A stretch of 64,000 bases of DNA from Spirochaetia bacterium. Its GTDB lineage: Bacteria > Spirochaetota > Spirochaetia > UBA9216. The stretch covers positions 2,556,488 through 2,620,487 of the forward strand of contig CAXXYH010000004.1 in assembly GCA_963677925.2 (NCBI GenBank), read 5' to 3'. Shown here piece by piece: positions 18,149 through 25,662 of this stretch; position 1 is the stretch's first letter, and every line of letters starts with the position of its first letter. The translations under genes were made by a program, and so were the position numbers. The notes beneath the pieces were generated by a model. It was not told where the DNA came from, ran no database searches, and saw only the letters and a list, made by a program, of their open reading frames with translations.

Positions 18149-19573
18149 ATGGTGGATATTAAAACTGCAGCCAAAGTTCCTTTTAAAGTGAAACTTGGTT
18201 ACGTACTGGGAAACGGGGGGGATGCAATTCCCTATAACCTGTTTTACACTTATTTTCTGTTTTTTATGACTGATGTTGCGGGTATCTCACCTGCAGTGGC
18301 GGGCATAATCTCTTTTGTTTCGGTCTGCTGGGACGGTATTACAGACCCTGTTGTCGGATACATGTCGGACACGTCAAGCAATAAGCGCGGCAGAAGAAGA
18401 CCCTATATGTTCAACAGTATATGGCCTTTGGGGATACTTGTCTTTCTTCTGTTTACACCAATCCCGTTTACCGGTGCTGTTAAGATTATTTACTATCTTT
18501 TTATCACAATTCTGCTATGGACATTCTACACAACCTATATGATTCCATTTACGGCTCTCGGCGCAGAACTCAGTCAGGACTATAAGGAAAGAAACATTAT
18601 AAGGATGATGGGCGCCTTTGTGGCATATCCGCTTGTAGCTCTCTGCAATGCCGGACCTATGTGGGTTATCCAGAATGGAATGGCCAGAGGCCTGAGCATA
18701 CAGCAGTGCTGGAATATTACGGGGGCTGTAGGTGGAGTTCTCCTTATCATTCTGGGACTTATCAGCTGGAGAAGCTCCAGGGGCAGGGAACTCATTAGAA
18801 CTGCCGAAGAAATTGCTAATGCAAAACGAAAACACATATTTAAACAGTTTAAAGAGATTCTAAGCCTTAAAACATTCAGAGTAGTAGTAGTTGCAGGTCT
18901 GATCTACATGCTTGGTTTTACAATGGCAAACACATCAGTCGTATACCTGCTCACACATAATGCCGGTCTGCATCCTGGTCAGCAGGGACTTTTCTGGATG
19001 CTTTATTCGCTTTTTGCCATCTGCACAGCGCCTATACCTGTATTCATTGCAAATAAAATAGGCCGAAAAAAATCATTTATCATTTTCGGACTTATGTATT
19101 TTGTGAATGCAATTGTTTTCTTTATCACTGGTGTCAATTCACTGACTTCAGCCCTGGCCTTTGCTTTCTTCATTGCCATGACAACAAGTGCCTTCTGGGG
19201 GCTTTTCTATGCCTTTGTTTATGATTGCAGTGAACTGGATGAATATGTTAATCATCAGAGACGTGAAGGCAGCATTGTAGCAATCGCACAGTTCCTTGGA
19301 AAATTCGGAGCTGCCGGCGCTGCTTCACTAACCGGATTTATTCTTCAGGGATTCGGATACAAGGGCCTTGGCCCGGGAATGGAATCTGCAGGTGCAATGA
19401 AGGGTATACTAATTTCTTCTACTATTATCCCGGGATCGGTGATACTTATCAGTATGCTCATCTTCATGAATTATAAGCTTACAAGACCACGCTTCGAAGC
19501 ACTAAAGGCAGCAATTGAAGCCCGAAAGGCCGGCGGAGAAGTTTCCACCGAAGGGTTTGAGGAAATACTTTAA
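18149..19573 (+). CDS. MFS transporter, GPH (MelB-like) cation symporter family
   Basis: WDGITDPVVGYMSD...RGRRRPY, IPFTALGAELSQDYKER, RREG; SD AAGGAG before ATG 18149. Confidence 0.9.
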   Translation: MVDIKTAAKVPFKVKLGYVLGNGGDAIPYNLFYTYFLFFMTDVAGISPAVAGIISFVSVCWDGITDPVVGYMSDTSSNKRGRRRPYMFNSIWPLGILVFLLFTPIPFTGAVKIIYYLFITILLWTFYTTYMIPFTALGAELSQDYKERNIIRMMGAFVAYPLVALCNAGPMWVIQNGMARGLSIQQCWNITGAVGGVLLIILGLISWRSSRGRELIRTAEEIANAKRKHIFKQFKEILSLKTFRVVVVAGLIYMLGFTMANTSVVYLLTHNAGLHPGQQGLFWMLYSLFAICTAPIPVFIANKIGRKKSFIIFGLMYFVNAIVFFITGVNSLTSALAFAFFIAMTTSAFWGLFYAFVYDCSELDEYVNHQRREGSIVAIAQFLGKFGAAGAASLTGFILQGFGYKGLGPGMESAGAMKGILISSTIIPGSVILISMLIFMNYKLTRPRFEALKAAIEARKAGGEVSTEGFEEIL

Positions 19574-19588
19574 CAAGAGAGAACTACA

Positions 19589-21310
19589 ATGAAAAAGAAC
19601 GCAGACCTGATAATCAGAAATGCAGATATATATACAGTCGACGGGAAAGGACAGGAAATTTCAGCAGACTCTATGGCTGTAAAAGACGGAAGGATTGGTT
19701 ACATCGGAGGCCCGGACGGGCTGTCTGAATGGGAAAGCGAAAATATAATTGATGCAGAAGGAAATACCGTTCTTCCCGGAATGACAGATTCACATCTGCA
19801 TGCATCAGCAACAGCAGAAATGCTTTTCAGCTTCAATATGTATGACGTTGAAATTCTGCCCACTGATGACAGACAGACAATAATAGCTAAATATCAGAAT
19901 CTGGTAAAAGAAAATGTCAAAAACAGTAAACCCGGAGAATGGCTGCGCGGGACAGGATGGAATCCTGAGGTTTTTATGGAATTCCCGGAAGGGCAGCCGG
20001 TCTGCAGCGAGCTTGATGCTGTATGTCCTGATAATCCAATGGTTCTGCGTTCTTTCGATCACCATTTTCTATGGGTTAATTCAAAAGCACTGGAAATATC
20101 GGGAATCACAAAGGATACGCTGACTCCTCGAAACGGGGTGATTGAACGTGATAGTGAGGGAAATCCCTCCGGAATATTTCAGGAAACTTCAGCAGTCGAG
20201 CTTTTTCTGCGTTCTGCAGAAGGTTCGGATTATTCAGTTGAGCAGTACAAGGACGGACTGCGCTCCTATCAGAAAGACTGGGCAAATAAATTCGGTACAA
20301 CCTTAATATTTGATGCAATGTCCACTCCGAATGCTCTTGAGGCCTACAGGGAACTTGCAGAGGACAATGAGTTCACTATCCGTGTGAAGGGTTCCTTATG
20401 TGCCGATCCTTCAATACCTGAAAGTCAGTTTGATGATTTAATTGAAATAAAGAATAAATCAGATGTTCCCGGGGTATACGAAATAGATACAATAAAATTC
20501 TTTATAGACGGCAGCGGATTTTCATTTTACATGAATGAACCGTTTGAGAAGGAAGTTCTTGAAAAAACCGAATTCCCGGCTGACTATAAAGGTTATCCTC
20601 AATGGGAGCCTGAAGAACTTAAAAATGCCTTTACAAAATTAAACGCTGCCGGATACCAGATTCACTGTCACTGTATGGGTGACGGCGCTGTGCGAATTGC
20701 GCTTGATGCCTTCGAACATGCCTTCAACCAGCTTGGAGAATTGGACTGCCGTAATGTGATTACGCATATCATGAATATCAGTGATGCCGATATAAAGCGG
20801 ATGGCCGAACTTAAGGTAATAGCAGCAATGCAGCCAATGTGGTCAATTATGGACAATTTTATGGATCTGTATGCAACTCCATTGCTTGGGAAACATCGGG
20901 TGGAAAACCAGTACCCCATAGGAAGCCTTAAAAAAGCCGGGGTCAGAATAACCGCCGGAACCGACTTCCCGGTAACAATTCCGCCGAACCCTTTTATCGG
21001 AATACAGACTGGAATAACAAGAACTGTTCCCCCGCTTGCTCCCATGCCTGATAAATACAAGAAAATACCGCTTGGTCCTTCAGATCATCCCATGAAGAAT
21101 GCAGTTACTTACAAGGATATGATCCAGAGTTATACCATAGAGGGGGCATATCAGAGTTTTCTGGAGAAGGAAACCGGCTCGCTTGAAACCGGAAAATCGG
21201 CAGATTTTATCATGCTTGACCGCAGACTTTCTGATTCTGCCGTTACGGAAATTGAACAGACTCAGGTCGTAAAAACCTATTTCCGGGGTAAATCTGTTTA
21301 CACAAGATAA
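19589..21310 (+). CDS. Amidohydrolase-3 family (YtcJ/NfdA-like) metal-dependent hydrolase
   Basis: VLPGMTDSHLH, DHHFLWVNSKAL, KFFIDG, HCMGD, GTDFPV, GSLETGKSADF. Confidence 0.9.
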   Translation: MKKNADLIIRNADIYTVDGKGQEISADSMAVKDGRIGYIGGPDGLSEWESENIIDAEGNTVLPGMTDSHLHASATAEMLFSFNMYDVEILPTDDRQTIIAKYQNLVKENVKNSKPGEWLRGTGWNPEVFMEFPEGQPVCSELDAVCPDNPMVLRSFDHHFLWVNSKALEISGITKDTLTPRNGVIERDSEGNPSGIFQETSAVELFLRSAEGSDYSVEQYKDGLRSYQKDWANKFGTTLIFDAMSTPNALEAYRELAEDNEFTIRVKGSLCADPSIPESQFDDLIEIKNKSDVPGVYEIDTIKFFIDGSGFSFYMNEPFEKEVLEKTEFPADYKGYPQWEPEELKNAFTKLNAAGYQIHCHCMGDGAVRIALDAFEHAFNQLGELDCRNVITHIMNISDADIKRMAELKVIAAMQPMWSIMDNFMDLYATPLLGKHRVENQYPIGSLKKAGVRITAGTDFPVTIPPNPFIGIQTGITRTVPPLAPMPDKYKKIPLGPSDHPMKNAVTYKDMIQSYTIEGAYQSFLEKETGSLETGKSADFIMLDRRLSDSAVTEIEQTQVVKTYFRGKSVYTR

Positions 21311-21330
21311 TTTGACTGGAATACACACAC

Positions 21331-22848
21331 ATGAAAGAGATAAATATCACAACAAAGTTATACAAATATACAGGGAGCCTGGATGATGATGAAATTTTCA
21401 GCCTGAAGGGTATCCCTTATGCAATGGCTCCAAAGGGGGAACTTCGATGGAAGGCTCCGCAGCCATATACTGCCGCTGCAAAGCATATTGTATGCAGAGA
21501 ATTCGGCCCATCCTGCATTCAGCCTGCAGATGAAAATGAACCCGGCTCACTCGATGAACAGTCCGAAGACTGCCTGTACCTTAATGTATGGGGAAGGGCC
21601 AATAGTAAAACAGAAAAGCCTGTAATGGTTTTTATTCACGGCGGAGGCTTTATAGGCGGCGGAACTTCCGATCCAATTTATAACGGACGTAATTTTGTAC
21701 GCAACAGCGATGTCGTTTTTGTAACACTTAACTACCGTGTCAATCTGCTGGGGTTTATGGACCTGTCCGAAATCGGAGGTCCTGAATTTTCCGACAGCGG
21801 AAATCTCGGAATCCTTGATCAGATTGCTGCCCTGAAATGGGTGAAAGAAAATATCGCTTATTTCGGAGGTAACCCGGACAATATTACTATATTCGGCGAA
21901 TCTGCCGGCGGCGCCAGTGTATGCCTCCTGATGACCATACCTGAAGCAAAAGGCCTTTTTAACAAAGTCATAGCTCAAAGCGGCTGTATTAATCTGCTTA
22001 AAAGAAAAAAGAAGGCTTTGGAAATTGCATCCAGCTTTCTCAAACTCTCTGGAGTAAAGACAGCAGCCGGGCTGATGCAGCTTGACTCTGATAAACTATC
22101 AAATCTATGCGACAAACTGTCTGATTATTACGGCTATGGAGCCGAGATAATCTTTGCCCCTGTTTCCGACGGAAAGCTTATTCCCATCAATCCGTACAAG
22201 GCAATTGAGGAAGGATTTGCATCCGACATAAAATTAATTATAGGGTCCAATGCAGATGAGTTTCGGTACTGGAGTCTCTACTATGACGATCTTGACGATA
22301 TAATCTTTGACTGGATTAAAGCCAATAATCAGGCTGCCAACGCCGCCGCAATTGATCTTGAAAAGACAGATCTTGAAGTACTGAAAAAAAAATACTATGA
22401 CCTGAAGTCCGACATGGACAGCAGTGAAAAAGCCTTTCAGTTCGCGCATGATTTTCTTTTCAGAATGCCTAATATCAGAATGGCTGAGCTTCAGTCATTG
22501 CACAATGACGTCTGGATGTATTACTTTACCTGGGCGTCAAAAATTGACAATGTAGGTGCCGGTCATGCTGTGGAGCTTGCCTTTGTCTTTCATAACCTTC
22601 ACCGTACTGAATATACAGGGGAGGATCAGCCTGTGGCACTTGCCGACAGGATTCAGGCTGCATGGGCAGGGTTCGCCGCTGAAGGAAATCCTAATCATGC
22701 GGATATCCCTGAATGGGAAAAATACAACACAGAGACGCGAAAAACCATGCTTATCGGTGAGGACTGGTTTCTTGCGTCTGATTTTGGAAGAAAGGAAAGG
22801 ATGCTTTTTCATCCATATCTTGAAAATATTGAAAACAGGAGTAACTGA
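21331..22848 (+). CDS. Type-B carboxylesterase (PnbA-like)
   Basis: GIPYA, SEDCLYLNVW, HGGGF, FGGNPDNITIFGESAGG, GHAVEL. Confidence 0.93.
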   Translation: MKEINITTKLYKYTGSLDDDEIFSLKGIPYAMAPKGELRWKAPQPYTAAAKHIVCREFGPSCIQPADENEPGSLDEQSEDCLYLNVWGRANSKTEKPVMVFIHGGGFIGGGTSDPIYNGRNFVRNSDVVFVTLNYRVNLLGFMDLSEIGGPEFSDSGNLGILDQIAALKWVKENIAYFGGNPDNITIFGESAGGASVCLLMTIPEAKGLFNKVIAQSGCINLLKRKKKALEIASSFLKLSGVKTAAGLMQLDSDKLSNLCDKLSDYYGYGAEIIFAPVSDGKLIPINPYKAIEEGFASDIKLIIGSNADEFRYWSLYYDDLDDIIFDWIKANNQAANAAAIDLEKTDLEVLKKKYYDLKSDMDSSEKAFQFAHDFLFRMPNIRMAELQSLHNDVWMYYFTWASKIDNVGAGHAVELAFVFHNLHRTEYTGEDQPVALADRIQAAWAGFAAEGNPNHADIPEWEKYNTETRKTMLIGEDWFLASDFGRKERMLFHPYLENIENRSN

Positions 22849-23330
22849 TGAATAAAAAACCTCTTGAACTGCCCGAGCTGAAGATTGAAAAGCTTTTCTA
22901 CCTGGAGGCTGAACTGCATCCGGATATCAATGTTGGTGATGTCGGACGAGGTGAGCTGATAGTCTGTCCCATTAAGGGCGGATACTTTGAAGGAGAAAAG
23001 CTGAAGGGGAAAATTCTTGACTTCGGTGCAGACTGGAATTTGCTTTATCACAATAAACTTGATGTCATTGATACACGCTATCTTTTGAAAACTGATGACG
23101 GCGCGGTAATATCCTTGACAACAAACGGAAGGTGCCTTATGAGCGAAGAGCAGGCTATAGCATCTGAAAATGGAAAATTTGTTGATCCGAACAGTTATTA
23201 TTTCAGACAGCATCTGTTCTTTGAAACAGGGGACGAAAGATACCGGTGGATGAACGGAATAATAGCTTTTGCTGTGCTGGGAATCAAGGAATCAGGAGAG
23301 ATCTGCTACAACGCCTACATGGTTAAATAA
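22848..23330 (+). CDS. DUF3237 domain protein
   Basis: PIKGGYFEG, GADW, DTRYLLKTDDG, YYFR, FETGDERYRWMN. Confidence 0.85.
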   Translation: MNKKPLELPELKIEKLFYLEAELHPDINVGDVGRGELIVCPIKGGYFEGEKLKGKILDFGADWNLLYHNKLDVIDTRYLLKTDDGAVISLTTNGRCLMSEEQAIASENGKFVDPNSYYFRQHLFFETGDERYRWMNGIIAFAVLGIKESGEICYNAYMVK

Positions 23331-23340
23331 AAAGCAGAAT

Positions 23341-24576
23341 CTATTCTTTTTCCTCCAGTCGCTTTTTAAGCATTGCAACCTCAATCTTGAGTCTTCTGTT
23401 CTCCGCCAGAAGACTCTGGTACTCAGTGATACCAACCTGAGTACCTTTTTTATCATTAATCCAATGATAAACCGTTGTTCTTGGAAGATTGTACATACTC
23501 ATAATATCGGTAACTCTGGTTCCTGACAGATATTCTGCGGTTACCTTGTCTCGCAGTTCTTCTGAATAACATGATAGCACGTTATCATCACGGATATATT
23601 GTTTAAGTAGATCTGCAGAGGATTTATGAGTTCTGATTATTTCAGGCAGCTTGATATTGTTTTCATCCAGGTGTTCAATTTTTTTTAAGACGGTTTTCTG
23701 AATTCTGTATTTTTTCCGGATACTTCCCGGCGTCTGCTTAAACCAGTTTTTAAATCCCCGGTACAGATATTTTACATCCGAGAATCCGCTTTCCAGGGCA
23801 ATCTGGCTTACAGGCAGCTCTGATTTAAGCAGCAGATTCAATGCTGCGTTTGTTCTTATATATTCCAGATGTTCCATAAATGTAAATGATGAAATCTCAC
23901 GGAACAGGTGTGACAGGTATGTCATATCGATATTCGCATTTCTGGAAATATCGGAAAGCTTGATTTTTTTCATATAATTTTTTTTCAGATAGTTTTCAAT
24001 CTCAAGCAGACGTGTTTCCTGTGCGGCAGAAAAGCTCTTACCCGCATTGTGATAATTCATAAAGTTAAAGTTATAAAGTAGAATACGGACAATGTTGTCA
24101 ACAGTTACATCCGCCTGGTGCTGTTCAGGCCTGTTATGAATTAAATTGAGAATCTGTTCTTTAATGATATCGATTTTTTCCCCGTGACTGCGGTTGGATT
24201 CTATCCATTCGCATATAAAATCAGGAAAACGCCGTCCGCAAATTTTATTTACAGCACCGGCATTGATGTGTGTGATTATAACTTCGTTATCAGTATTTGA
24301 ATAAATTCTGTGAAAATCATTTATCTCGACAAGAAGGAAGTCTTCAGCTTTCAACACGTTTTCTTCAAAAATGGTATCTACATGCACTTCTCCTCTGGTA
24401 ACCCATATCAGTTCCAGCGAATCATGCTGGTGAAGCAGGGTATCACCTATTCTGCATACGGAAGATTCTATTGAGAAACCGGGTGTATAGAGTATTTCAT
24501 CATAGTATGACCTGTTTAATTCGATACCATTTTCAGTCATCGTACATATTCTGTTTTGAAAATGATTTTTTTTCAA
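23341..24576 (-). CDS. AraC family regulator (cupin + AraC HTH) with extra C-terminal transposase-like HTH
   Basis: LHQHDSLELIWV cupin; YLSHLF...IALESGFSDVKYLYRGFKNWFKQTP; C-terminal YSEELRDKV...PRTTVYHW...ENRRLKIEVAMLKK. Confidence 0.85.
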   Translation of the reverse strand: MKKNHFQNRICTMTENGIELNRSYYDEILYTPGFSIESSVCRIGDTLLHQHDSLELIWVTRGEVHVDTIFEENVLKAEDFLLVEINDFHRIYSNTDNEVIITHINAGAVNKICGRRFPDFICEWIESNRSHGEKIDIIKEQILNLIHNRPEQHQADVTVDNIVRILLYNFNFMNYHNAGKSFSAAQETRLLEIENYLKKNYMKKIKLSDISRNANIDMTYLSHLFREISSFTFMEHLEYIRTNAALNLLLKSELPVSQIALESGFSDVKYLYRGFKNWFKQTPGSIRKKYRIQKTVLKKIEHLDENNIKLPEIIRTHKSSADLLKQYIRDDNVLSCYSEELRDKVTAEYLSGTRVTDIMSMYNLPRTTVYHWINDKKGTQVGITEYQSLLAENRRLKIEVAMLKKRLEEKE

Positions 24577-24621
24577 GTTAAAATATAGAGTATTTTCATC
24601 AGGATATCCGAATATAATTTA

Positions 24622-24650
24622 TTGACAAAATTTTTCATAACCGTTATATA
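24622..24650 (+). promoter_or_regulatory. Sigma-70 promoter upstream of the bpuR leader
   Basis: TTGACA-N17-TATATA. Confidence 0.55.
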
Positions 24651-24705
24651 TATCCCATACACAGGGTATTGACTGTAACCGCAAGCGCGGTTCTATATAT
24701 AGACC

Positions 24706-24729
24706 GGCATCCGTAGGGATGCCTTTTTT
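24706..24729 (+). terminator. Intrinsic terminator between promoter and bpuR
   Basis: GGCATCC-GTAG-GGATGCC-TTTTTT. Confidence 0.75.
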
Positions 24730-24767
24730 ATTATTTACATCTGCTTTGTAACAGAGAAGGGGTTATT

Positions 24768-25016
24768 ATGGGTGTCAGGGGCGAATTATTTACTTGCAAG
24801 GCAACAACAACAGAAGGAAAGAGAACCTATTTTTTCAATGTGAAAGAGAACAGGCAGGGAGACCTTTTCCTGAATGTAGTTGAGAGCAAAGAACACGGCG
24901 GGACCGGATTTGAACGCCATTCCATTGTGATCTTTGAAGAGGATATGCACCATTTCTCCCATGAACTTCAGAAAGCTCTTGATTTTATGAAGAACAAGAA
25001 GAGTAAGGGACGTTAA
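24768..25016 (+). CDS. bpuR: PUR-domain (DUF3276) nucleic acid-binding protein, BpuR-like
   Basis: MGVRGE...RTYFFNVKENRQGDLFLNVVESK...FERHSI resembles Borrelia BpuR; same neighbourhood with rnhB and smc. Confidence 0.85.
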   Translation: MGVRGELFTCKATTTEGKRTYFFNVKENRQGDLFLNVVESKEHGGTGFERHSIVIFEEDMHHFSHELQKALDFMKNKKSKGR

Positions 25017-25545
25017 ACGTCTTTCTGTGTATCGCTGAAAGCCCGTACTGACGGCAGAGAGCGGCATGCATTTTTGTCGGATACCCCTTGTGCGTTTCAA
25101 AACGCCATTCCGGTTCTATCCAGGAATAACGGATCATCCACATATCTCTAGCTGTTTTTGCGATAATTGAAGCTGCCATGATGCATGGATGGATGCTGTC
25201 GCCTTTGACTACCGCCAGGGCAGGAGCATCCAGTTCGGGGACGAATTTTCCGTCGATAAGGTAATTTTCAGGAATAATACCTAAATCCTCTGCTGCCCGC
25301 TTCATGGCAAGCAGGCTGGCATGGTGAATATTTATTTCATCAATCTCCGACGGCCAGGCCCAACCTGTTGAGCAGGCTACAGCATTTTCGAGTATCACAG
25401 AGGCGGCTGCAAGCCTTTTTTTTTCTGATAGTTTTTTTGAGTCATTCAGTATGGATATATCAAAATCATCAGGAAGAATCACCGCTGCGGCAGTGACCGG
25501 ACCGGCAAGAGGGCCGCGTCCTGCTTCATCAATTCCGGCTGTCAT
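24985..25545 (-). CDS. rnhB: Ribonuclease HII
   Basis: GIDEAGRGPLAGPV, DSKKL, AASIIAK, HKGYPT. Confidence 0.96.
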   Translation of the reverse strand: MTAGIDEAGRGPLAGPVTAAAVILPDDFDISILNDSKKLSEKKRLAAASVILENAVACSTGWAWPSEIDEINIHHASLLAMKRAAEDLGIIPENYLIDGKFVPELDAPALAVVKGDSIHPCIMAASIIAKTARDMWMIRYSWIEPEWRFETHKGYPTKMHAALCRQYGLSAIHRKTFNVPYSSCSS

Positions 25546-25662
25546 TGATGAATAATATCACACTAAAAAAAAGAATGAAATAATCGCTGTTTAGTGATTT
25601 TATATAAATACTGTGTTAATATACTGCTGAAACTAAGCGGTATGTAATTTTCGGGAGCAGGC

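Noticed and set aside
24580-24660. Possible attR copy of the tRNA-Gly 3' end (TCCCAT)
   Set aside because: Only about 6 nt match; expected by chance
24669-24716. 15-codon leader peptide (TTG...TAG) in the bpuR leader
   Set aside because: No properly spaced SD and no regulatory codon run
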